A stretch of DNA of 64,000 nucleotides from Vitrella brassicaformis CCMP3155 (taxonomy: Eukaryota > Protista > Chromerida). Below, one piece after another: positions 1 through 11,334 of this stretch; the stretch's first letter is position 1, and every line of letters starts with the position of its first letter. Position numbers and translations under genes: made by a program. Location: assembly GCA_001179505.1 (NCBI GenBank), contig CDMY01000708.1:1-64000 (forward strand), read 5' to 3'. The notes beneath the pieces were generated by a model. The model saw only the letters and a program-made list of their open reading frames with translations, was not told where the DNA came from and searched no databases.

Positions 1-225
1 GTCTTTATGCGGTGCCCACCTGGATATGAGAGGCCCGGCCATGTTGTTCGTCTATGGAAGGCATTGTATGGCCTCAAGGAAGCCCCGCGCGCATGGAACA
101 TCACCCTCTACAACCAACTATACGACAGAGGGTTCGTTCGCCACCCTCAGGAGCCCTGTGTGTACCTGCATAAGGACAACAACATCCTTCTTGTGGTGTT
201 CGTCGACGACATTCTCATCGTCAGC
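1..225 (+). mobile_element. Ty1/copia LTR-retrotransposon reverse transcriptase (RVT_2) fragment; runs off the window at the left and stops right after the catalytic motif
   Basis: Frame +1 reads VFMRCPPGYE...VVRLWKALYGLKEAPRAWN...EPCVY...LLVVFVDDILIVS, matching the copia consensus (VYMxQPxG...LxKSLYGLKQAPRAW...YVDD). Similarity ends at about nt 225. No LTR, RNase H or integrase is visible. Confidence 0.9.
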
Positions 226-668
226 TGGCCACACATCCGCAGTTTGTCAAGAAGTACCAGGCCAGCACCAAGATCGCGCCAGAGCGCCCACAGTTCGCCA
301 ACCCAATCACAATCGTCACTTCGGCCGAGGGGCAACCCGACAATGTCATGCCGCCGGCCGTCTCTCCCCCCGCAATGAAGCGCATAGCAACCGACGAGCA
401 GAAGAAGCGTGTAAGCGTGTTCTCAAGCGCCGCTGACTACTACCAGCGGCAACAGGATGGAGACGTGAGTGCGGCGCAGCATGACGTGGACGACGAAAAC
501 GATGAGGAAGTAGGCGAGGAGAGCCCTGTGACGGTCAACAAGGTGTCGCGGCGCATCCACACGTACGATGTCTTTGGGGAGCCGCCGTCCCCATTGGCGG
601 TGCGCGCGCGACGAGGGAGCAGGGCCGATAGCCTCATCAACGACAACATTGACAAACTCCTGCGGTAG
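226..668 (+). CDS. Probable terminal exon of a hypothetical protein
   Basis: Frame +3 is open from the stop at 171-173 to TAG 666-668 (LATHPQFVKKYQASTKIAPERPQFANPITIV...DSLINDNIDKLLR*) with coding-like GC3. Candidate AG acceptors are cgtcag (224-225) or ccgcag. Microsatellite-rich 3' DNA follows. Confidence 0.5.
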
Positions 669-745
669 GTAACCACACGACACAAACAAGACACGCCACA
701 CGCACAGACAGAAGGGTCGTGGGATGACAGCAGTCACTGTTTCGG

Positions 746-781
<36 letters not shown>

Positions 782-999
782 TGTATGTGTGTGTCTGTGG
801 CGGACGGGTCTGTCTGTCTGTATGTATGGGGGCTGGGCTGTCTCGTCATTCTCTCAGGGAAAGGGCAAACGCACTCGAGAAGGTACGGGGGGAAAGACCC
901 ACGCCTACTCACGCACCAACAGGGCGCGAGACATACATTGCTGGCTGGCTGGCTGGCTGGCTGGATGTGTGTGTGTGTGTGTGATAGGAGCTGGCCAAA

Positions 1000-3900
1000 A
1001 CACACGACCTGATCAAGCGCCATAGCCAAGAAAATTCTCCCACAGGGCGCTCTACGTAGCCAGCCGTGGCCCTTCCTCTGCTTTCTTCGTTCGTGTCTCG
1101 ATTCATGTCACGCCTAATTGTCCTGCGTGGGATGTCCGTGTGCGTCGACACCATGTGCACCACGGCGCAGACAAGATACATACCATACACACACGGATTT
1201 TTCTCCACACTGTGAGTGGTCAGGCGTTGCTGTCTTGTTTGTGTGCATTCATCCTGGTCCGCCGACGCAGTTAGAGAGACCGACTGAGGAGTCGCCTTAT
1301 TGGTTTGTGTCTAGGTGCGGGTCTTTCGCCACTATTGGGTTTGGGTTCTTGGGACTTTCTAGTGATCAGTCAATCGCATGTAGGTGTTGCGCCTGTGCGT
1401 CTGTGTGTGTGTGGGTGGGTGGGTGTGTGTATCGGTGTGTATGGCTGGGGGAGAGAAGAGACGACACACACGCCATGGCTTCGTCCCTCCCTCCCTCCCT
1501 CGCTCGAGCTCATCATCTTCATGCAGTGAGTGGGCGATGGATGGACATGACTGCCATATGACATGACAGAAGTGCCTGAGTGTCCCAGACACACACACAG
1601 GGAGGGCATGGAAAATGGGTGTGTGTGGCGGGAGCCCTCCCATGTGCCTTTGATGGGACTGTGTGTGAGGGGAGCATGGAAGGTTCGTTGCACAGAGACG
1701 GATAAGTCGCCCCAACCGGCGAACGGAAGCCTGTAACTAGGTGTAGGTACCGCAACCAAGAAGCCAACACAGCCGTCGACATGACAGAGCCAAGGCCGGC
1801 CCGCACACAGCAACATGCACACAGTAACAACAATCTATCAACATAGATCCATCGGTCTCGCCGTCGGTCGGTCGACCGGCCGGTGAGTCAGTCACCATCT
1901 CCTTGAGGCATGCGTCAAGCGGTCCCCCGCCGTCGATGGACCTGACGCAGATACACAAGGAATCAATGAATGACACAGACAGACACACACAGATGGAGGG
2001 ATGGATGGATGGATGAGCGGCCACGTGTGTGTGTGTGTGTGTGTGTGTGCCCCTGTTTGGACCTTGGATGGACTGCCACGTGTCAAGAAGCAGGTGGCAG
2101 GACGACAGGGCCAACACACTGTGGTCGGTTGTGCTGCTCACGGGTGCATCTGCTCTCATCAGCAATGGCACCATGTGCCTGCACCAAACACACACACACA
2201 CACACAACGGACCGCAATGTGTCCCCTCCCTCCCTCCCTCCCTCCGTCTCGGCCTGACTGACTGACTGACCAGTATGCCATGAGTGCCGTCTCCATCTGT
2301 GACCGGTGTCTTGCCATCGCCGGTGGTCCCCTCTCCCTCTCCCTCGTCCTTGACACCCACACACGCCACAGCCACCCCAGCCAGCCACACACACGGCCAG
2401 CGCCCCCCGGTCGCTTCGAGCTGAGCACCACAGCATACGCCAGGCACAGATTGGCCAGCACCAAGTCATCGTCACGCGGCAACACGGCCACGTAACCACC
2501 GTCGTGCAGCTGGTGGGCCAGCCGGTCGAATGAAGCCAGGTGGGTGAGGTCGAGCCTTGCAAGCGACGAGATGAGCAGCACGTGGTTATGTGTGGAGGGG
2601 CGGTGTGCGGGGCCGAGGGACAGCAGGCGGTGTGCGAGCTGGTCCATGGCGTCGGGGAGGAAGAGGTGGAAGTGGCTCAGCGTGTTGGATGTGACCCCAA
2701 CCTTACAGTGCAGGGCAGTGAGTGCAGTGTATGAGCAGACAGAACAGACAGATGAATCTGCCTGAGTGTCGGTGTGTGTGTGTGTGTGTGTGTGTGTACC
2801 TCGATGGCATTGAAGGTGGGTATTCGGCCAGGCAGCTGGCGCAGCACGCCCTGAAGCACCAACTGAACAGACAGACAGACAGATCATAAAGGCAGACACT
2901 CGTGTCTGTCAGTTCAGTCAGAAGCACCCACCCCGCTCAACTCAATGCTCCCGGCCGGTCGGCCCGTGGCCGACTGCCTTCCTTACCTCGTAGGTGGGGT
3001 ATCTGCTCATGAGTGGAGCCGGGTGGGTGGCCTGCCGCAGGACGTTGCACAGCACACCCACGTCATGGTTGTTGAGCGACTCGTAGCGATGCAGCAAAGT
3101 CGTCACTGCAGCGTCACACACACATACACACACATTAAATGCATTACAAGTTAGTCTGTCTGTCCCCTCTTTCCCTCTCTCTGTGTGTGTGCAGGTCAGT
3201 CAGGTCACTCACGCAGCCGTGTGAGCGTCGGGTCTTCCAGGTTGCCCCGATAGCCCTCATCATCTTCTATGTACTGCGCACCAACAACACAAATCAGACA
3301 GACATGGCCGCGCAGGCCCCTCCCTCTGTCAGTCCTCCCGGCCCACCATCTGCATGGGCGATGGCGGGCTGTCATCGGGCGGTGGTGTGAGCTTCAGCAG
3401 GGCCCTCGCGTAGCCCAAGACGACACGAGGCGTCAGGTGGCTGAGCGACCGGTGGGAGCATGCCTCGATGGACGAGCGGAACAGACTGGCCAGAGGCAGT
3501 GAGTGACAGGCAGCGAGATAAATAAAGCGTGTGTGAGGTGGGTGGCTAGCTAGCTGTGCATATACATCCCATCCGCACCTCCCTACCGAATGAGCTCTTG
3601 ATGCTCGACATTGAGCTGCGCGTACGTCTGCAGCAGCTTCATGTGCAGTGTCAGATCCAACTCTGAAACAAATTAATGACCAAGACGAAAAAAAAGCACA
3701 AATCATCCCACCCATTTTTCCATCTCACCACCTTGCTGCTGATGTCCCTTTCCATCCGCCGTTGCCAGTTGCTGGCACATGTAGTCGCCAATCTGTGTGA
3801 GGACCTCCCGAGCACACGGCAGCCGGCTGTGCGACGCGCAGGGTCTGGCGGCGAAGGCAAGGGCCACCTCTGGCAGCGTGCAGACGGGCAGACGACCACC

Positions 3901-3935
<35 letters not shown>

Positions 3936-4218
3936 AGCATAGAGGGAGAGCGAGATGAATTGAATGCACTCGCGAGCACGGTTTGACCGAGATCTCCCTT
4001 CCTGCTGGTCCGTACCTTACCTTCATCAGGGGACGGACTACGTTGATCCAGCATTCCTCCATGAGTGGCTCTGGCGCCTTGTTGCACCTCCATTGCGCCA
4101 GCCATGTGCTCAGGAAGGGTTCGTTGTACTTGTCGTGCGGCTGCAGCCACTGATGAGAGTCGGCGGGGAAGGGCAGATCTTTCACAACTGTCCACCGTGA
4201 GAAAGCGCGATGGCTCAT
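1000..4218 (-). CDS. Multi-exon hypothetical protein, probably alpha-helical (possible organellar helical-repeat protein); 3' end approximate
   Basis: Exon-like peptides separated by GT-AG microsatellite introns: MSHRAFSRWTVVKDLPF...; GGRLPVCTLPEVALAFAARPC...; LFRSSIEACSHRSLSHLTPRVVLGYARALLKL; GAQYIEDDEGYRG; YESLNNHDVGVLCNVLRQ; TLSHFHLFLPDAMDQLAHRLL...; RWIYVDRLLLLC. No family could be recognised. Confidence 0.55.
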
Positions 4219-4440
4219 AGAGCTCGTAGATCAGGTGTCTGGTCGTCCATCTGACCTGGCTCATGCAAGAGACGAAAAAAGGGCCTCCGTGAAACGCGCC
4301 CTTGAACGCAAGTTCTGGCGTTCGTTCATTTCCCCATCTCCCGCACTTTCACTCCCCGTTCTGTTGTTCCCATCCACCCGTAGCCTTTCTCCCATAGCCA
4401 TCCACCCGTTCCCCAGACTCAGTTCACCTCGCTCTCGATA

Positions 4441-5126
4441 ATGCCGATGCACATGAAGGTGGTGGCTGCCATCGTTGCTGCCCTCGCCCTTCTCTCCCTG
4501 CTGCCCCAGGCCAAGGCTCAAAGCGCCAAGAGTACGACTGCACAGGGGGGCGGGAAAAGACCAGCGAAAGGCCGCCCGCTTTCCATCCTGGCCGGTTCGA
4601 GCTCTTTGTACGCATGATCTGTGGTTGGGATGAGTGCAGGTTTCCTCAACATCCACCCTCCCACCGAGAAGCACCAGAAGGATCCCTTCTTGAGCCCTCT
4701 CCGCATCGAGGAGGCCCGAGAGGGGATGCCCGAGGTGACCTCCAACACCAAGCTCAAGCAATTCATCGACAACGTCCTCATACACGCATCCACCAATGAG
4801 GGCGGCACCGATTCTGCATGCAAAAGGTTTGGGTGATGGATTTTCTGTGGCGTAGATCTGGCCATTGGTGTGCCCTCTGTGTGGCGTGTGGCGTCTGTTG
4901 TGTGTGGGTGCAGGTGCCCCTGAACTGCATGGTGGCCAGTGACGAGGTGGAGGGGCTGGGGTGCTGTGAGATCGAGAAGCTCCATGGCGTCATGAAGAAC
5001 ACTCACTTTCACTTCTGCCTGACCAAGGACATCTGCAGCTTCTTCGACTCGCCGCAGATCACCCAGGAGCCTGGCCGAGGCGGATTCCAGCAGTACACAA
5101 TGACCAACTTCAAGGAGTTCGAATGA
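4441..5126 (+). CDS. Small secreted Cys-containing hypothetical protein (3 exons)
   Basis: Signal peptide MPMHMKVVAAIVAALALLSLLPQAKA-Q; exon 2 FLNIHPPTEKHQKDPF...DSACK; exon 3 ...DEVEGLGCCEIEKLHGVMKNTHFHFCLTKDICSFF...FKEFE*. The exon 2/3 junction phase is ambiguous. Confidence 0.65.
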
Positions 5127-5446
5127 AAATGACCCGGTCGAGAAGAAGGGCCCAGGAGGGGGCGGGGTGAGGGGGTACCACGCCGGTTTCTTTTCTTTTC
5201 CTTTCGTTCTTGTGTCGGTTCGGCTGGACGGTTTGATTTCACGGATGGATGGATGGATGGGGGATTTCTTTTGGCTTCACGAATGCAACGGACACATGAC
5301 CACCGGTTGGTTCCTTTCAAGCTCTTAGAGTCGGACATCAGCAATCGTCACACCCAATGTCACACACAGCGTCGCGCAATGTCACACGTTCACACCTGCC
5401 GACACCACACACACAGCTGCCATAGATCCCCCCGCTCACTCACGCC

Positions 5447-6770
5447 TCATGTTTCCTGTGTAGAGTCGTCAAAGCTGTCCCAGCTCTCGCCCCAGCTGCC
5501 GTCATCAGAGAAGCTATCGGAGACAGGCACGGTCTCTGTGAGCGCTTCAGTTGCCACCGGGGTGCTGGCCGTCATCTCGCCGGTCTCACATCGCCTTGCT
5601 ATATACACCAACAACTCACGAGACACAAGTGACTCGGTGTGTGTGTTTTCGTGTGTGTGTGTGTGTGTGTGTGTGTCCTTTGTTAGGATGCAGCTCCCGC
5701 TCCCTCACCAAAGTCAAAGGCCCCTGCGAACCGGTCATACAGCCAGGCTTCCATCCCGCCCTCCTGCAGATCTTTCCAGGCTGCTAAATTCCAGCTTTTT
5801 GAGATGGGCTTGCCCTCTTGGCCCTCGGTCAGAAACGAGTTCCCCGGACACACCCTGAAGGGATTCTTGCTGATATCTTTCAGCGTCGTGGGTGGCTCCG
5901 CACAGGCCTCGTCGAGCGGCTCGTTGGTTTGTGTCTGTGTCTCGCCTTCAGGGATCCTCCATGCGTACTCGTTGGCTATACACACGCCCCACCTGACAAT
6001 GCTATGACGGCCGGCAAAAAGAGATTTGTAGGCCTCGAAGCCGCGCTGCTTTTTGCGGTCACCGGGCTTTTGGTACTCGCATGTCTTGTCTTTGCAGAAG
6101 GTCGCCATGATCTCTTCGTTGCTAAGGTCGTCCATCATTGTGCTGGCCCAAATGGGGACATTCTGCGGTAAGGGGCTCTGTCTGCTCGTCCAATGGTAGC
6201 CGACACCTGTGTGTGTGCATGAGCAGAGGGATTTGGTCGTTGGGCTGGGCTGCTACGCGTCTTTCCCTCCATCTTCCTTGCTTACGTACATGTGAAGTGA
6301 GGATCACATTTGCTTTCCCTTGTCGGAGGCAGGAACTGCAGCGTCCCCTTCCTCCCTCCTTGCTCTGTCCCGGCGTAGAAGGCACAAAGCTGGCCCTCGG
6401 TCTTTATCTCGCCACAGCCGGGTACATGTACACCTTTCTCCCCGGCTTTTCCCTTCTCGGTCTTTCCTTTCTGCGGCTTCAGCTTTGCGAGTGCATTCAT
6501 GACTTTGCTTTTTCCGGCTTTGTCTGAGGGAGGTTTTGTTGGCGGCAAGGGTGGCGGCCTCTTCGTCGCAGTCGACCGCTGTTTTGTTGGCGGCGAGGGT
6601 GCCTGCCTTTTCTTCCCAGTCGACGGCTGCTGCACCTGCCCCTGATGAGGCTGCTTTGCGCCTTGTGGGGCTGGAGCTTGGCCGCCTTGGGGGCTGGTGC
6701 CACTGACTCTGTTGTCTTCTTGGGCGCGATGTGTTTTTCAGCAGCAGCAGCCCCTGCTGCTTCTGGGGCC
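5447..6770 (-). CDS. Cys-repeat-domain protein (one copy of the LCAFY/CVGY/WGVC domain) behind a P/K/A-rich stalk; 5' end not resolved
   Basis: ...PGCGEIKTEGQLCAFYAG...SKCDPHFT[C, phase-1 intron 6288-6207]VGYHWTS...PIWASTMMDDL...IVRWGVCIANEY...EACAEPP...FRVC...FDF | ARRCETGEM...DDSTQET* (TGA 5447-5449). Same motif order as the + strand paralogue at 7940-11334. Confidence 0.65.
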
Positions 6771-7939
6771 TGAGAGAGAGGAAGGAGAGAACCGACCCTC
6801 AGGGGTGCGTCAATCGAGCGTGGGTTTGTTCCCGCAGACCTTGCGTCTCCTCTCGTCTCTCCTGGGGCGGGGTGGTGCCGTTGGCACTTCTTCAGCGGGC
6901 TCTCCCGGACCTGCATGGTGGTGAGAAACGTGTCAGAGCAGAGAAGTCGCATGTTCGTATGGACGGCCGTGGATACCTTCGCCGGCGCCGTCGGGCTGTG
7001 TCGAAGTTTGTGGCGGCCGTGCTGATGGGTTGATGGCCTGGATCATCTTTCGACGTTGTTCCAAGTCTGGCGCTTGTGCTGGCGGGAGAAGGGCCTGCAT
7101 CACACCACACGACATCAGGAGGGAAAACCCCCGGGTGGAGAAAACAGACATGCAGCGACCGATTGGAGAGTCGTTTTCGGACTCACTGACCTTGCCTTTC
7201 TTCGGCGGGCTGTGGTCAGGTGGTGGGGAGGAAGGCTGATGGTGATGCAATGCGACCAGGGGCTTTCGCCATGCCCATCTGCAACCAATCAAAAAACACC
7301 ACAGGTTCGTCGTGCCGGCACTGCAAATTGCGGTGATGCATCAGAATCTATGCACTTGGAGGCGGTCGCGCCCTTTGCCGTCCGCCACGCAAGGCATGGG
7401 TGCAATGAGATGGTCAGCAGGAAGAGCCGCAGCATTAGGATGGCAGAGTGGTGGCAAGTAGTAGTTCTCCCTGCTTCTGGAGTTCTCCCTGCTTCTTCTG
7501 GATTCTGCTTCTTCTGTGACTGCCCCAGCCTTGCCCCCAGTCTGCATGCAATCGATCCACTGCATGCAGACTGGGCAAGTGGCGAATCCGTCTTATGCTT
7601 CCTAGCGAAGCCCGTTGCTGATCGGCATTGTTCAAGTCATCGGCAGCAGCTCTCCTCGCGGCAGTTTGCGGCAAAATGCGCGTGTCACAATGCCACAAAT
7701 TGCTGCCAGTGGCCATTGCATTTGTGGCAGCGGCACTTCCGCTGGCCAGCGGGAGAGTGCCCTTTGCTTCCCTTGATCGCAGGGCTCTGAATGAGACCTC
7801 GACAGTCGTCGCTGAGGGTGAGTCGCCCGGCGGTCTTTCTGCCATCGGCTTCTTTGCATGGCCAATGGGTGCATTGTTTGTTGTTTGCTGTCCCGTTTAT
7901 GTCCTGCCCAGAGACAGCCCAGCCGCAGTGGCGCAACCG

Positions 7940-10900
7940 CTACGCCCTCTGTGCCTTCTATGACCCCGAGGTAGGTATCATGCTGTGCTAATAGGAATCA
8001 TCCAGTGGCACCGATTTATGTGCTCGTGCGCAGGCCAAGGGGCACAGAGTGCCGACAGAGGCCGTCTCGTGCACCGCTGGCGGAGGGAAAACCCCATAAA
8101 CGCGGGACCCGGCCACATGTGAGAGGCCCACTTACCCATCAGTGCACATGGCATTGCAGAGACCAACCGTCTCCGTCTCGGCGTCTCTGTCCATCTGGCC
8201 TAGGTGTGGGTTACCGCTACACTTTGCCGGCGCACGGCCCCAAGTGGGTCAACGAAGTCATGCAGGCGATCCAAGCCAACACCCACAAGGGCCAGACCAT
8301 CCTGCACCGGGCCTTCATCACGGGCATCAAGGACAAGATCATCTACTGGGGCGTGTGCATGCCGTCCGAAGAGACGTCGACCAACACCTACTGCAAAGAG
8401 CCGCCCGCCAAGATGAAGGTGACCAAGGAGGGCACGGCCATCAGCGAGATGGTGGGAGAAAAAGGTCCGGTTCAGGGAGCGGATCCCATGGAGGCGACTT
8501 ACTGCATTGGCAAGGAGAAAGACTTCCCGCCAGACAAGGAGGGCAAGCTCGAGAAGTCGCTCAAAGAGGCCGCCGAAGACGAAGGCTTCATAATCCGGGG
8601 TTGGCTACCACACCACACACGTGTCTACTTGTCTACCTGTTCCCGCATCTCTGTGTGTGTGTGTGTGTGTGTGTGTGTCAGAGGAGCTGCAGGTGCAGAA
8701 ACTGGCGAGGCGAGAAAAAGAGCAGCTGTGTGCCTTCTACGATCCTGAGGCGAAGGACGACAAAGGGAAGGACCTTGTCCTCAAGAGCCCCAGACTCGCA
8801 TGCCAAGCCGGCCTCACGTGTATGTGTGTGTGTGCCTCCCGATCGATGGATCGATCATCGGAAAGAAGTCCACACGAGGCAGCAATGTCTCCTCCTCTCC
8901 TCTCTGTGTGTCTGTGTCAGGTGTGGGCGGTCCCACACCGTGGGCCGCCGAGGGCATCGAGGCCATCAAACGCAACAACAACAGAGAAGTCGGCCTCCTC
9001 CTCTTCGGCTTCACCACTCCCGATCACGCAAAGCATGTCTTCTGGGGCGTCTGCCGCCCGAAAGAAGAGGCGACCAACAAGGAGTGCGCTGGAAAGCCTG
9101 AAGACGTGTTCGTGACGACCTACAAGTACCATGAGACGCTCAAAGACAATAACCTCGCACCAAGGTGACCACGGAACTGACGGTGCTGGAGGGATCCACG
9201 TACTGCAAGGGCAAAAACGGCATGGACGGAGAATGGATGAATGGATGGATGGATGGTCTGTTAACTGAGTGAACGTTGGTTGCTCTGCTTTCAGATGCCG
9301 AGTTGAAAGAGCCCTTCAATGCAGCCGTGACGAGCGAGGGCTTCGTCATCGGGAGTAAGCCACATACCTGACCGAGAGAACTCAGCCATCCTCTGTCGAC
9401 TCGACTCAGGCAAGACCACAACGATCTCGGCCTACGGCAAGAGGGGCAGAGAGGAGCTGTGCGCCTTCTACGGCGAGGGCAAACCTGGTCTCCTCCAGAA
9501 GACCGACGCCTACACATGCAAAGAGAACACCAAATGTGCGTACGGACAGACGCACAGCCGCTCAGCCGACGCAACCATGGCTTTCTGCGTGTCGATCTGC
9601 AGGTGTGGGCTACAAGCTCTACTCCTTCTTCTTAAAACAGAAGGGCCCCTACACGTGGGCCGAGTTGGCCGAGGAGTCCATCAAGATGGGCAATAAGGAC
9701 GCCATCATCACCCTCGCCTTTGGGGACCAGGCCACCGACGAGGACCACATGTACTTCGGCGTGTGCATGCCCGAACCGGCCGACAAGTACTGCGGCAAGC
9801 CGATGAAGGCCCCTGTCAAGCCGCGCGGAAAAAAGGAGGGCACGGTGGACGTGTGTGAGGGCATTGAGGCTTCCGTCGATCCCAAAGACGGTGAGCAGTA
9901 GAGAGGGGAGGCAGGGAGACAGCAAATCTCCGTGTCTGTGTGTGGTTATGCAGTCTCTGCAGATGAGGAGGAGCTGAAGACGGCGCTCGAGAACGCCATC
10001 AAGGCAGTGGGGTTCAGGCTGAAAAGTGAGTATGTATGGGTGTTGTTCTCATGTATCCATCCATCCATGCATCCATGTTGGCTTGCAGCGATCCGCAAAG
10101 TCGGGACAACAAACTTCCCCATCGTGGAGCCTAGTAACCACACTTCCAAACCCACACTCACACCCACACCCGCACAGAGAGATGGCTGTATTCCGCAAAG
10201 GAGATAGATTCTCCTGAATGGTCTTGGCCACAGCCAACCGACGCTTGTGCCACTTGCAGGCGAGAAGAAGGAGAAGAAAGAGAAGGAGCCGATCGACACT
10301 GGCGTGAATGTGAACGACCGCAGGGCACAGTTCAACAAGGAAGGAGAAAGTACAGACACCGCCAAAAAGGCCATACGAGACACACACAGCACAACACACA
10401 AGACATGCACACATGCCTTCCTCTGTCTGTCTGTCTGTCTGTCTGGCTGTGGTGTCTCTGTCCATTACAGCACCCAAGATGCCCCACCAGCACCAGAAGA
10501 GGGAGGGAATCAAACCTGTTATCAAACCAGGTATCCGACCCAGCCATGCCATCATCTCTCTCTCTCTCTCTCTCTGTCCCTCTGTGTGTGTGGCTCTGTT
10601 GGCCCTGTGCAGCCTCCAACCTCGGCCCCGAGGCCAAGTACAAGCATGGCGGCAGTTCCAGATACCAGGGAGAGCGCCGCGGCCAGGCCAAACCCATCAA
10701 GGGCTACGAATCCCGGACCGGCAAGTACGAGGGCGGCAGTTCCAGATACCAGGGACAGCGGCCCGGCCAGGCCCCACCCATCAAGGGCTACGAATCCCGG
10801 ACCGGCAAGTACGTGAGCGGCGGGTCCAAATACGAGGGACAGCGGCCCGGCCAGGCCAAACCCACGGAGGGCTACGAATCCAGCACCGGCAAGTACAAGG

Positions 10901-11334
10901 GCGTCAAGTCCGAATACCAGGGACAGCGGCCCGGCCTCTCACGGACGAGAGAGGCCCGGTCAAGCCAGCGTCCCACGGCTTGGGGTACGGCAAGTACACC
11001 CACAAGGGCGGCGCAGAGTTCAACAAAGGGGCTGGCGGAGGGGAAGGTGAGTGACCATGTCAACGTGTGTTCGGAGGGAAGGGAGGGGGGGGCACAGACT
11101 GGCGGAGATACGAAGCCTGTCGATCCATCCATGGATACACACTGCACTGCACTGCCCTCTGCTTTGCTGCGCATGTGTGTGCAGCCCCCAAGGGAGAGGC
11201 TGGATTGCCGGCTGCAGCAGAAGACGAGACCAGTGGGACCGATGAGGGCGGTGAAGGGACCCCCACAGAGACCAAGGAAGAGCCGCATCCCCCCATCGTC
11301 GCCGATAAGGGGGACGACGTCAGCGGAGACACCA
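7940..11334 (+). CDS. Multi-exon protein with three tandem Cys-patterned domains and a Gly/Tyr/Lys-rich repeat tail; apparently disrupted (possible pseudogene or assembly errors); both ends uncertain
   Basis: Repeated LCAFY (about 7947, 8725, 9457), CVG (8204, 8921, 9603), [WF]GVC, C-x2-3-P, [YV]C and GF motifs, with GT-AG introns at equivalent positions. In-frame TAA at 8097-8099; frame changes near 9135-9165 and near 10935. Confidence 0.6.
10636..10935 (+). repeat. Coding tandem repeat, about 3.5 copies of an 84-nt (28 aa) unit
   Basis: AAGTAC anchors at 10636, 10723, 10807 and 10891 (spacing 87, 84, 84). The unit is about KYEGGSSRYQGQRPGQAPPIKGYESRTG. Confidence 0.9.

Noticed and set aside
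637-2300. Many 60-240 aa ORFs rich in CVCV/HTHT/MDGW/QTDR
   Set aside because: They are translations of (TG)n, (CA)n, (GGAT)n and (GACA)n microsatellites in introns and UTRs, not proteins. The same applies throughout the window.
6900-7900. Overlapping ORFs (e.g. 7056-7790 +, 7435-7845 -) and a short ~18-nt imperfect repeat near 7465-7517
   Set aside because: No recognisable motifs, weak codon bias and no consistent splice structure. This may hide degenerate 5' exons of the two Cys-repeat paralogues, but none could be supported.
8090-8105. Stop-codon reassignment or readthrough as the explanation of the in-frame TAA
   Set aside because: Conserved genes in the window (BCKDHB, chlM, Maf, PDI) show no internal stops, and a TAA terminates the RT-adjacent frame normally, so a variant genetic code is unsupported. 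Mutation or sequencing error is more likely.
10636-10935. Regular 84-nt repeats as a possible CRISPR-like array
   Set aside because: Contiguous in-frame coding repeats with no unique spacers, in a eukaryotic gene, and no cas genes.
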